A DNA stretch of 64,000 bases from Podarcis liolepis. Lineage: Eukaryota. Of the stretch, positions 49,529-62,254 are shown piece after piece. The notes under the pieces are model-generated. The model was not told the origin of the DNA. It saw only the letters and a program-made list of their open reading frames with translations, and did no database searches. Location: NCBI GenBank assembly GCA_965112155.1, contig OZ218101.1. One strand, 5' to 3'. Positions within the stretch are counted from its first letter, which is position 1. Each line of letters begins with the position of its first letter. The translations under genes were made by a program, and so were the position numbers.

Positions 49529-52109
49529 AGCACAAAATGAAAGGAAACAAAAGAAAATGAAATTTGATTTGGAAAAAAATATAATATATAATTTTACAGA
49601 AAAAAGTTCTCAATGATGAGCTGCTATCTTTGCATATAATTGTAAGAATTGTCATAAGAACTGCAGATGACTGCTTCAGGTAGGCAGACAGCCCAGGGAA
49701 TGGGTGTCCCAGGAAAGCAGCATGCGTGGTGGGTGTCCTAGGCAAGCCACAAAGGAACAGAAATCTGGGAAAGTTCCCCAGCAACCATGCTGCCGCTGTG
49801 TGCTTCACAACAAGGCCATTTTGGTTGCAGCAGCATTGGAGACCAAGGAGGAGGGAAATAGAAGAAGAGCAGGATGGTTCTTGGGGAGCTGCCCAGTCCA
49901 GTGGTGTGGCAGAGGCGTGGTTTGGCTGAGCTTTAAGGGGAGAGGGTGTGATCTGGCCTGGTGAGTGGGCAGGTCTTTGGGGCTGGCAGGTGGGTAGAGA
50001 GGAAGGAACTGGAAGCAGCTGGGGTGGAAAGGGGAAGGTCTAAGCTGCCCAATGCCAATCCTTTCAACCTCTGGCTTCCTTCTGTGGCTGTGCCTGCAGC
50101 AGTAGGAAGGGGCTACATATGACCCCCCCTCAAACTGAATATCAAGTTTTTCCCCCACAAAAGATTAATTGGATGCATTTTACAAAGAATCAAAGATTCT
50201 TATGTTTTTTTAGGAATATATAGAATATATAGAAACCCATCTAAGTAATCTTCACCACATTTTTGTGTGTTTCCGCTTTCTAGTTAACAGCTGACGTTCT
50301 CCCCCCGAACAGGTGCAAAAAGTCACAGACAATTTTTGCCATTCTCGAGACTTCCCTGTTCTTTGGTGACTGTGACTATCATATTGTTACTGTATCCAAG
50401 CATTCACTATCAATACCGATTTAAGTCGAGATTAGTTAGAGAGTGCTCTTTTATTCATCAAGGTCATATCTTGATGGCTGTGCAAGCTTAGATAAATCGG
50501 GTATTAAGCAGGCACATCTCCAAGGAACCTAGAAATTCTCTCATCTGCAGACCTCAGCATATCTTGTTATTTATTGCCAGAGAAATGACTGATTAATTTT
50601 GTCATCTTTGCTCTGTGTTTTTTGCTCGGCTGAAGCTGCCTGCCCTCGTCTGCAATGCCTGATCAGACCTATTTAAGCTGATGCCTTTGATCGTAGACAC
50701 AGAGGAGCTTGCTGACTTAGGCTTTGACTAAACATTCCTTTGCTGCAATATTTATGCACAACCCCCCTAAATGATAACTGACAGTCAATGTAGATAACGA
50801 AAAACTACTAAGATGTTTCCCACTATTATATGGATACTCAAAGCAGCATTCATGGTACTACATTTAGAGGCAAGATTTAACAAACAACAACCCCCCCCCA
50901 AAAAAAATGCGTTATGCGACTCATTACTCTGTCATTTTCCACTAAGAAGATATCCGAGGCGAGTAAACTACCTCCCTTTAAAACAAAAAAATGTTTTATT
51001 TGTCTAATGTGATTTTCATTCTTAAAACTAAGAGTAATTTTGCTACTATACCAGACAGCTATAAAAATTATCAAAATAACACTGATGAAAAATCCCTAAT
51101 GAAAGTTAAGCCCCATGGAAAAAAAAAATCTGTGCTTCTAGCGCTTTATTAATCACATTCCAGCACCAGAGGCTGAAAATACATCAAGCTGCACCAAATC
51201 CTTTTCACATGACAACCTCATAAATTATTCAACTCATTAGTATCACCAAGAGGCATAAAAATAACATCAGTGTTAAGGATGTTTTCTTATAGAGTAAGGT
51301 CAACTAAAAGTTTTAATATTAAAATCCATAAGCACAAGCCTCAAAAAGTCCATCAAGGTAAAATCTATGGGATTTAATCTCGCAGCAAGCTGTTTTAAAT
51401 TCCTCTAGAAGGCTGTTGTTAATTTTGATACTGAAAGCTTCAGAAACATTTCTGTTAGTACCGCGTAAGTGGCGACTTCCTTCTGTTGTGATCTGAAATA
51501 TAACCAATAGTGACACAGACAACATTTCTCCACATATGTGCCAGTTTTATTTTCTTCTTTATCTGAATACAATATTGGGAAAACAATATGAGGTTCTCTT
51601 AATTTTACTCGGCAAGGGCCTATTTTTTTTGGGGGGGGGGAGTTTTCTATACCTCTTAATCCCATTTCCTTGTATACTCACTTGCTGGGTGCTTGGCCCT
51701 AAACATGCTTGGCTGAAAATCTTGCTGTCCCTGCTCCACATGCACCCCTCAGTTTTAGATTGCTTGCTTCTAGGTACACGATTCAATCTGACACTACAGC
51801 TATGCCAATGTATATCTTATACAGCTCCACAGTTGTGATCAATAGTCTTCACCCTGTACAGATCAGGACCTAATTTTAGCCCAAATACATTACTGCTTCT
51901 TTTCATTCCTCCCTGCTTCTTTCACCCTCTTATTTGGTTTTGTCTCATTATGCCCACTATCTTTCCACTTTACTGTCTTTCCTCTTCTCTATAAAACACA
52001 AATAAAATAAAATGCCCAGTGTGACACAAGCCAGCTTTGAGAGAGGGCTATATGTTAGTATAGAACAAAAAGCTGTACAAACAGATGTTGCATTTAAAGC
52101 ACTACAGTA

Positions 52110-52350
52110 CAGTGGTACCTCTGGTTATGAACTTAATTCGTTCCGGAGGTCCGTTCTTAACCTGAAACTGTTCTTAACCTGAGGTACCACTTTAGCTAAT
52201 GGGGCCTCCTGCTGCCGCCATGCTGCCGTCACAAGATTTCTGTTCTCATCCTGAGGTAAATTCTTAACCCGAGGTACTACTTCCGGGTTAGCGGAGTCTG
52301 GAACCCGAGGTATTTGTAACCCGATGTGTTTGTAACCTGAGGTACCACTG
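52110..52350. mobile_element. Tc1/mariner-pogo (Tigger-like) MITE, 241 bp
   Basis: TIRs cagtggtacctc(t/a)ggtta at both ends; TA target duplication on each side. Confidence 0.9.
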
Positions 52351-52484
52351 TATTTGACAGTCACTGGAACGGTAGTTTGTCAAACTGTAGCTCTCTGAGG
52401 TCAGCACCCTTTAACAAGGAACAGTGCCCAGGATTCTCTGTGACGGTTTAAGTAGAATAGGGTCATGTTATGAATGTGACTTCC

Positions 52485-52752
52485 AATTGCAATCCCTGAT
52501 ACCTCGAGGTAGGAATGGAAGGACTGCCTGAAACCTCTGGAGAGTCACTGCAAGTCTTTGCAGACCAGTGCCCTCCAGATGTTGAGGACTACAACTCCCA
52601 TCAGCTCTCGTCAGCATGGACAATGGTTAGGGATAATGGGAGCTACACTTTGCATCTTCTGAAGGGTACCACATTAGTTGTCTCTGGTGTAGCCAATACC
52701 GACTCAGATGACCCTTGGTCTAAAGAAGTAGAAGGAAGCATCCTATATTCCA
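52485..52752 (+). mobile_element. Decayed tRNA-SINE interrupted by a palindromic hAT MITE (~52566-52686)
   Basis: SINE body (ctgcctgaaacctctggagagtcactgc) and tail (cagatgacccttggtct...gcatcctatattcc) are split by ccctccagatgttgaggactacaactcccatca...tgggagcta, the same family as 62119-62254. Confidence 0.55.
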
Positions 52753-52767
52753 GTAAGTAACTATATA

Positions 52768-53201
52768 CCATATTTTTCGCCCTATAGGACGCACTTCCCC
52801 CCCTGCAAAAATGAAGGGGAAATGTGTGTGCGTCCTATGGGGTGAACACAGGCTTTCGCTGAAGCCTGGAGAGCGAGAGGGGTTGGTGCGCAAAAGTCGC
52901 GCCGGTCTCCCAAGGCTTCCGGAGAGCTGCCTGCATCCTGAAGCCCGGGGTGCGCTGAGAAGCGCGCTCCAGGCTTCGGGCAGCTCTCCGCAAACCTGGG
53001 GAGACCGACGCGAATTCCCTCCGCGCTCCCTAGGCTTGCGGATAGCAGCCTGTTCTGGGGGCTGGGGTCGGGGGAAGCTCGGGCTTCCCCCACCCCAGCC
53101 CCGCACCTGGGGGGGAAAAAATAATTTTCCCCCTTTATTCCCCCCCCAAAAAAATAGGTGCGCCCTATGGGCCAGTGCGTCCTATGGGGCGGAAAATACG
53201 G
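52768..53201. mobile_element. Tc1/pogo-type MITE, 434 bp
   Basis: TIRs ccatatttttcgccctataggacgcac / gtgcgtcctatggggcggaaaatacgg; flanking TA; CpG-rich interior suggests a young insertion. Confidence 0.9.
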
Positions 53202-53214
53202 TAATACTTAAGAG

Positions 53215-53344
53215 CTGGGCTTTTTGTTTTCCAGCTGGAGCTCAGCTCCGGCACCTTTCAGATAGAAGCCTTTGTCATTCTAAGAGAACAAGGGAGAAGT
53301 TCATGGTGAGCTCTGACACTTATTTTTGTAGAAAAATAGCACTG
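53215..53344. mobile_element. hAT-type MITE, 130 bp
   Basis: Perfect 8-bp TSD CTTAAGAG at 53207-53214 and 53345-53352; imperfect TIRs ctgggcttttt / aaaaatagcactg. Confidence 0.75.
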
Positions 53345-53455
53345 CTTAAGAGTGTAGTATACAAAGTCCCCAAGATAGCATTATTTTACTAATTCAAACC
53401 AGGATTAAAAATAGTGATTCACAGGTTCTGTGTATACTTCATGAACATTAACGGG

Positions 53456-53456
<1 letters not shown>

Positions 53457-53487
<31 letters not shown>
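53457..53487. repeat. (AC)n microsatellite
   Basis: Direct reading. Confidence 0.95.
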
Positions 53488-53491
<4 letters not shown>

Positions 53492-53544
53492 TGTATCAAA
53501 GGGCTCTGAAATATCTACACAGAACAAATAATAGCATGGACCCG

Positions 53545-53809
53545 ATCTTGTGGAACACTCTGCCACAAGAGACTAGGGCCCTGCGGGACTTGACATCTTT
53601 CTGCAGGGCCTGCAAGACAGAGCTGTTCCACCAGGCCTTTGGTGAAGGCACAGTCTGACCCCCTCAAAGAACTCTAGCCCAATGGTTGCCATTAATTTGA
53701 TTTTGAACTGATTTTAAAATGAATTGATTTTAGAATGTTGTGTTACTTTTATTGTTGTTAGCCGCTCTGAGCCCGGCTTCGGCTGGGGGAGGATGGGATA
53801 TAAATAAAA

Positions 53810-53843
<34 letters not shown>
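53545..53843 (+). mobile_element. L2 LINE 3' end with (TTA)n tail
   Basis: WNTLPQETRALRDLTSFCRACKTELFHQAF (L2 terminal WN.LP...F...K..LF motif), then 3' UTR agccgctctgagcccggcttcggctgggg...atataaataaa and a TTA run. Confidence 0.8.
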
Positions 53844-53845
<2 letters not shown>

Positions 53846-55118
53846 GTGTGAAGTATAATTTTGAAGTGGAATACAGCAGTTTCAGCAAAACCTTTAGAAT
53901 CTTAGTACATCTTAAAAACAAAATAAACTCCCAAATCCAATATCTAATGTTTGTGGTTATAGAGAAGGGCAACCTAATGGTTTGGTAGAGATTTCTGTGG
54001 TCATGAGGCACATGTATAAAATGTTTCCTAAGGTCCTACTTCATATCACTGTTTGGTTGCTCACCTTGTGAGTTTTAAATATTTGTATATTATGGGGGAA
54101 AGCCCCTGGAAACTTTAATCAGAACTAATTACAGCGTGGAATCGCAAAACGTTTCTGAAAATGAACACTTTGCAAACTTGGAAATATTCAACCATAGCAA
54201 AGACTGATTAGAGTTCATTTCAATATCATTAAGCGTGTGTGTGGGGGGTGTACACATGAAGAACATTCATTTATTTATTTGAGGTAGATAACAGATCCCC
54301 ACAGACCAAACTTGGCCTATAGATAGCTCCTTCTTGGCTGACATAGCAACTAACTGGCTGGCTTACCTCTCTCTGCTACATTGTTCTTTCTAGACAATGG
54401 TCTGATTATTATTCAATTCATTTCTATACCGCTTTATATTTTTCAGAAAAAAACCCTCAAAGCGGTTTAGAGCACACTGAAGCATCAAATAAAGCAAGCC
54501 AGAATAAAAGGGTCAAACTGAGAAACAAAGACACACAACTTACAAAATTATTGTTTTTTACATCATCTTGCATCCTCATATCTGCTGCCCACTACTAGCC
54601 TGTGACACTGCTGTAGCTACGAGCAAATCCTTCACCAATGAGACATGCTAATAAATATCCTCCATTGGAACATACTGTTGACAATCTCCCCCCCCCCCTC
54701 GCACTCTACAATATGATGTCGTTCCACTTTCTCATGTATTTTCCCTTACTACTCCTGTCCAACAGGACAGCAACCTCAGATTGCTGTATCCAGTAAAGTG
54801 CTAGCAACCTTAACCATAACTGAGTAAAATCACTGCACCCAGAACCTCTCCTTTACCTGAACACAATAGGGGTTCATGTTTACAGCCATGTTCCTGTTTG
54901 AGTAACATGTCAGTTCCTTCCCAGGGATAAGATGGGCCTCGGAAGTAGGAGCTCTAAACACTAAGTACCCTACAAAGCTTGTAGCTATGTGTATCTTTCA
55001 TGCAAGGCCAAAAAGGTACTAAAAGGAAAAAGGGAGTAAAGTGGATGGTTCTCAGAAACATCTTACAAATAAAAATAAAGCTTTTTAAGAGAGTGGGTAT
55101 GTTACAATGAGTACTGAC

Positions 55119-55243
55119 CATATTCCACCGCAGCTTTGAGCAATGCATCAGAATGGGTGGAGCCAAAGGCATTGCGAACAAACCGCCTCCGTCGACGCAG
55201 GTCATCTTCCCAATAATCTAAGCGCCAGAAATCATGCAGTTGG
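55119..55243 (-). CDS. NBEA: Neurobeachin coding exon (DUF1088 C-terminal part): (S)QLHDFWRLDYWEDDLRRRRRFVRNAFGSTHSDALLKAAVEY(G)
   Basis: Acceptor ttcttag|C and donor G|gtcagt; 125 nt, phase 2 to phase 1. Peptide recognisable as NBEA/LRBA WRLDYWEDDLRRRRRFVRN. Confidence 0.95.
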
Positions 55244-58200
55244 CTAAGAAAATAATAACAAGAATAATAAAAAAAGATTAGTGTCTACTACACTGGGATA
55301 CAGAGAAGGAGCAGCAGCTCAATAAAACATTTCCTTAATTTTTTCAGTGAGTAGAAGGAAAATGTTACAACATATATTATTAAAGTGCAGTATTTGAGTA
55401 CTTCTTTACTTTCATTGAAGCATTTAAGGATTCAACTTTCTCAAACCCCTCTGCTTACTGCAAAAAAACATTAATCAGAGCAAGCCCATTAACAAATGCA
55501 GCATCAAATTACAAGTATTAATGACACAGCTTGCTTTCTTCTACAGTGTTTCTTTAAAAAAAAGATTGTAAATCATAGAATGGACCTAAGAGCAAATATT
55601 TTGCAATTTAATGATTATGGTCTCTTAGCAGACTAAACTTAAAAGTATAAAATATTGCCCACTTGAATTTTTGTGGAACTATGATTAAAATAATGTGCTG
55701 AAATATTCATTGAAATAATTCCCCATTGCCCCCAGCAACCTGAGAAAATTGCAATTTTATTCATTATTAATAACTCTGAATTAGAGCTGCAAAAAATTCC
55801 ACCATGTGGTAATTGTCTAGGTAAATTATTATTCCAACACCAACAGAGTCCTTGGATGATTTTATAGCTCCCAGCTAAAACAAGTCATTAACAACCATGG
55901 CCATCATCATTTTACACTGCCTGTTTTGCATTCAGAACCAATATTAAAGTTTCACAGAATGATTCAGAAACCATTGTTAACCCATATCCTACCAAACGTG
56001 CAAATACATGCATTCATTTATATTAAATTTAGTTACTAAATATGGGAACAGTCAAGAATCTCAAAATTTGCAATATGGCACTGACAAAATGCTAACTATT
56101 ATTATTTTATCTACAGGTTCCATGTCAATATGATGGGTGATCAGAACAAGATAGTGCTTAAACCTCTGTCTTACTACATCAGCAAACAAGGGGGGTGGGA
56201 AGGAAACAAAATTAGTATTTGGCATGTAAATTATAAATTTACTGATATAGTAGGGTATGAATGGCACTAGAATGTACCTTAATCTTGGCTCTTTTATGCC
56301 TTCACAAATGCAAGTCTTTACACAAAATAAATACAAAAATGTAAAAGAGAGGGGCAGGAAGACTGGAGAGTCACCATGATGGTTCATGCAGAATAAGTTT
56401 CAGTAGTTATCCATCTTTAAATCACACCTGCTTCTCTCAGAATTAGACTTTATAATGATAAAAAAAGTTGTGAAAGTGGGAATGTGGGATGGGGAGGCAG
56501 TTGCAAGGGATCGTTAGCATGGGAGTGGATGGGTGCTTAACCCCTCCTGTGCCCATAGATTTGAGAGAGAGTGAGACAGAAAGACAGACAGATACCCTAC
56601 AAGTAGGTTATACACTCAGTGGGCATAGAAGCCAGCCTCACATTCTCACACACCTTGCTCTCCCCACATATATAAACTTGAAAGTGAACTGGCACCCATG
56701 AACGCCACTGTAGGCTATGGGTAGGTTGGGATCACCTGATCTATCAACATCTATTTTTCCTACTGGACAGATTGCACAGGCAACTAGAAGTGGGGACATA
56801 AGTCCATGTTAAATGTGATATGTACAATGGAAGACAGCAAATTATTCCTATGGCTATTCCTGCCTAAACAGGCAGCAAAAGTCTTACATGTGTCCAACTG
56901 ACGTGCAACCATGCACAAGCACATTGCGGTGACCTGGAAGTGGCCAGAAAAGGAGACACAACAGGGGAGGGGGAATAACAGGCTGGAGTGGGCTTATGTG
57001 CGCTCCGCTGTCGTGGGTGGTGACCTGGAACACAACCCCCATGCAAATTGGGGATTGCCTTTATAGACAAGATCCAGATCCAGCTTAACAGCTTTGTTAT
57101 TAACACAGAGGATACCGGAGACACAACTCTTACTAAATTTTTAACTTTATACATATGCAATAAATTCCGAACCTCTCCATCCTTCCTCTGCAGCGCTGTG
57201 TTCACCTTCTTTCGTGCACTGGTATGCACACTTACAGAACTGCATTTTAAAAAAGTGATAACCAATATAATTTGACCCCCAGTAGGGATGAAAATATTAC
57301 TGCCATTGGCTGGTGCAAGTAAAGAATTAGCCAATGAAAGCTACAGTATCTATTTGCAAGAAGGTCACTTCAATATGAAAGACACTAAGAAATTGTTAAT
57401 GAAATGCAAAGAGCAAGTCAAAATCTTTTCACAACTCTGTATGATTTTTTTTTAACCTGAAACAAAGATCTAACAAGCCTAATAGTTTCCTTTTAAAGAG
57501 AACCAAATTAGTAATTTGAAACATGTCTTGGTCCTTCATTGCTTATTACATTAGTGTATATAGTTACCTGTAAGCAATCAGATCAAGAAACCTGTTGTTG
57601 GCAGAAACTTTACTGGTGTTGACATGCAAGTGGGAAAATGGGAAGTCCCACTAAGAAAACGCCTATTCCGATCATTTGCCTTGAGAAAATGAATTATGGC
57701 ATCTCATTTTTCAGAAACTAACATTGGAAAAAGCTAAATCTGTTGCCAATAAAGACGTATTTAGATAGATATATAGAAATGGTATCTCACAAAGGAACTC
57801 TACCCGAAAGCAAGTAAGACATTTAACTGGACAACTGGTTCAACTAAGTCAGTCTGAAAACAGGCAAAACACAGATGTTTTCAAGGAAGGTGCAAGAAAC
57901 TTTGTAGTTGACATTTATGGAATAAATGTCACGCCAGAGATAGGCTGCACTTAACCTCCATCAGTTAGCAGTTGTCTTATGCACTGAAGCATGAGGGTTT
58001 AATATTTTTTCAGAAAAAATATCCAGTCTTATCAAGGCAAATCTAATTGATACAAAACTTTAATTCTTACCATTCTCTTTGTTTCAATGATATGCTGAGA
58101 TAGACTCAACGGGTTAATTACGTATATTGAAATTTTTTAAATTTGATGCCTTCCTTTTATATTTATTTTCTTCATTCACACAAATCATTACATATGAGGA

Positions 58201-61200
58201 CAGTTATTTTATATGCGACAGTAGCTGGATAATCTCAGGGTGCAGATTCTATGGGTCTGTAATAATGTTTTGTTCCCACTTAGAAATTTCAGCTTGTGTG
58301 TACTTATTGTGTAAAACATGACCCAAACAGTACTGGTGAAAGAATACCAGTGAAGTCCACTCTTCAAACACTTTGCCCAACACTGTTTGCTTTCTCTTTA
58401 CTGTTGCACAGCAAGCAGAAATGTCCATTTAGCGGCCTATATCACTATATAGCTGGGAGCATACTAATCCTATAGATATATTGTTTGCATGGACATTTTC
58501 TATCATTTTTGTGCTTACAGTCGCCTATTGTCCAAGTGTCTACATCCAAAATGGTTGAAATGTTATATCGTATTTTGTAATACTTGTCAGAAAAGATAAC
58601 CAGCTACTTATTCTGTCACTTGATCAGATCCTTCTGAAGTCCTTTATATTAGTATGATACACGAATTGCAATCCTCTGCACAGGTATATTGAGCCCAATG
58701 GGAATTACATCCAGTTATACATGTATAGGATCACAGCATATAATCACTCCAAAGTGTGGTACTTATGTGTATCCAAGCACCATTGCTTATTTGCAAAAAT
58801 CTATTGTTAGACCACATTTGGCTAGCTATTCACCTGTAGTTGTTGGAGGAGAAGACCTTTATATTAGTTCTAGCTTCCTATAATGTAGTTTACCTCTACA
58901 GTTTAAAGAAGATAATGAAAAACGGCTGTACTTTAAAACATATTTCTTCTCTGATGTTATTACAACTAAAATTAATATCCATATACCTTTGGTAAAAATC
59001 TGATATCATGATGGATGATTGATCAACCTTTACTTCAGTTAACACTTGTAAGTATGATCACATGGATTAAGGCACAGCACTTTCAAGAAACTATCAAAAT
59101 CACACTGAAGTCAACAAAACACAGAGGTTAATTAGTTTCAGTAGAACTTGGATCAGGAAGCCATCAATTTTCTCCCATTCTGTTTGAACGTATTCCAGCT
59201 ATTTCAATCACTTTTCACACAAATCCATATTCCATAACACATGTGCACGTTTCTGTTATATTGTTCTCACTAAATAAAGGCACACTTTCAAGAAATAACT
59301 AAGGATTAGTCTCTCACACACATACAAAAACATACAGGGTAAAATATACTCTAAGATGAAGTGTTTGTTTAGGTTAGCTGGTTTAATTTTTTAGGAATAC
59401 TGTTGCTTTATAACACACTGTGAGGAAAAGTGATGAGAAAAAGCCACTTACTAATGATACAGGGGAGGAGAGATGGGGGGTTATGGGAATTTGAGGACTA
59501 AGTTTTTTCTAAAACACAGAAGTTTTATATTATAAAACGTTAAAATATTGTAGTGAAATTAGCATTCATTAAGTTAAATGCACACTCCTAGTGAGACAGA
59601 GAAGTATTTACTTTTCAGCAACTAAAGTATTGGTAAAAATAGCAAATGCCTTTGTGAGGTAATCTTTTTTAACAGTTTATCTTCAAAAGTAAAGTAACTA
59701 CTGAAAGCTGTTAAAGTTACCTGGAGTGTAAACATTACGGAAATTTAAAGAGGCAGGACTGCTCAAACTGCCACTGTTCAAAAGATGAACACTGAACTTT
59801 GCCACCAAAAGGAGACCTGAACACAGATAAATCTTCTCTTAAATTATGGGTGGGACATATTGGAAAGAAGAATATTACTAACAGATGTACAGAGAATTCA
59901 TGGTGTTAAAGATATTTTGGTTGGTTGAGGATAGCCTTTTATAAGTACTGGAGATGGGTGTAGGTTTTGATGGCCTGTACCTAAATACAATTCCACTGAA
60001 ACTTTACACATTTCTCCATCTCCAGAAACATCACAAGAAGAATCCTCTTCAGAATTGTAATTCTACAGCCCTCACTATGAAATTTATCAGCTTCACATAC
60101 TCCAGTGAAGATAGCAAAAGAGATGGCAGTGGAAGGAAACAAATGTTTTCTTTAATTGTTTCAAAATGTTAAAATGCATTTGGGTTTTATCCAACTGTGC
60201 TCCTTCACTGATGGAGGGCACTTTGACCCAGTAAAGGATTCTGCCAACAGAAGGCAAGATGTGATCTTTGCCAATTCCCCATGTCCTTCTCCCAATTAAC
60301 TCCAGCAAGTTGAGGTACCCTTTGGAGCAGAGTAGAAAGTGGTGTGGGGAAAACTGAATGGGTGGATTAAATAATCTTCTGTCAGATATGTGACAACATT
60401 GGATGCAACTATTTGTCCATTCTTTTTTCTAAATAGATGATACACTTAAAAGCTAATTAGGCTGCAAATGGAACTTCTTTAAAATTATAAAGTCAAAATA
60501 TGGGTGGGTAACTTTTGCACATTACTGGACAACAGACTAAAGTTGTAAAGTGTAAAAATATGACAACAAAATCATAAGAAGTGTATTAGCAGCATGCATA
60601 TATTGACCATATAGGCCAATTCAAAAAGCAAATACAATCTCTTTACATAAAATTAAGATCAAGGTATACAATTTGACTCATTATTACATACACCACTTAA
60701 CTTTTCATGTATTGGTTTTCAACCTAGCAATTCAACTTGTTGATCAAGTTCCTTAAACTCAGTGTGCTATTTAAGGTACATTATACTTATATGAAAATAT
60801 CTGCCACTGTATGCAACTTTTAATGCTCATTATTTATATGAAGATTTAAGAGAAACTCTGCTCAGGGTCAAATGGCTGCATTCTGAATCAAGAAACTTTG
60901 AACCTTTGATTTTTCTATTCATTTCCCTATGTCATCGGTAGAGATATAGAGAGCTCATTCTTTCGCATAGAGAGCAATGAAATTGATTAAGCTACTGCAC
61001 ACAGTACAAAATCCATTGCTGTGTTTTGCTGCACTGTCCTATAATAAAGAGATTCTCTATAATTTAGTTTGTACAAAACAACCCAATGTGACACAGCCAA
61101 TTTATAATTGCCACCCAATAGATTTTTTTAAGGGAAGCTTTCACCTACATTGAGCTCAAGATCCATTGTATTTGTAAACCTCCACAATGTTATTTGGTTT

Positions 61201-62118
61201 TGTTTTTTTAAATTTAAGAATAGATATTTGAGCTTCACCACTTGCTAAGACAATTTGTCCAGATTTGATACAGGATATTTCTTACTAATGGCCAGGATGA
61301 ATTGCTGGCTTCTAAGTCAACTGATTAAGATATCAAAAAGAAGTTTAACAAGAGAAAAATACAAGTAGAGTCTCACAATAAAATGTTGCATTTTAACCCT
61401 GGCCCCTAACTGATGTTGTGCAGCCTTAAGCTAGAAGCTTGTAGTGCTGTTTGAGGCTCACAGAGGAGCCCTTCCTTCTTCTCTACCATTCAACTGCTAT
61501 GCTATACAATGCAAATGTCTTAGGATTATACTGACCCTTTCAACCTTTAATGGTCCAACTGGCTTCATAGACTTAATTGTTAGATTCACACAGTCTGCCC
61601 AACTTCTTGTTCCTTTTTTGACCCTTTCCCCCAGACTAGAAATGAGAGCTGCTTATACTAAAATGAATAAATCCAGGATCTGAGGACTGTACTGTTATGT
61701 TTTGGCAACATTTTCCCCACCCCACCCCGCAAAAAGGTTGAAGGCAGCAAAAGGAAAATTTGAATTTATTTCAATTGATAAGTTTGTGTGTACATGCACG
61801 CACGCACGCACGGCGTGCGCGTGCTCACACACATTCCCAGATAAAAAGGCTCACTACTATGGGGAAACAATGCCTTGTTTTTTCTTAGCACTGTTCACTT
61901 GATAATTAGGGACCAAGTTTACTATTAGAGGGAATGATGCAAATTAAGTGATTTTCTTTCTTACAATTCTTACAAGAGATCCTGACTTTTAGGTTACAGG
62001 TCCTTCAGAGGCAGCTTAAAAGAAATACATTGCAAAACAACAGCAAAGAAACAATATCAACATATAAAAGTAATCAGGGCAGTTGATGGTAGATGAGCCC
62101 TGCAGGGATTGTCTAGCC

Positions 62119-62254
62119 CAGGCATAGGCAAACTCGGCCCTCCAGATGTTTTGGGACTACAACTCCCATCATCCCTAACCAATGGTTCTGTTAGCTAGGG
62201 TTGATGGGAGTTGTAGTCCCAAAACATCTGGAGGGCCGAGTTTGCCTATGCCTG
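62119..62254. mobile_element. Near-perfect palindromic hAT MITE, 136 bp
   Basis: Arms caggcataggcaaactcggccctccagatgttttgggactacaactcccatca and its reverse complement; perfect 8-bp TSD GTCTAGCC at 62111-62118 and 62255-62262. Decayed relatives at ~11730-11810 and ~26960-27065. Confidence 0.92.

Noticed and set aside
52720-53392. 193-aa and 128-aa ORFs
   Set aside because: Lie within GC-rich MITEs; no transposase motifs.
56864-57334. 156-aa minus-strand ORF
   Set aside because: Non-ATG start, runs into a decayed MITE, no NBEA similarity or convincing splice sites.
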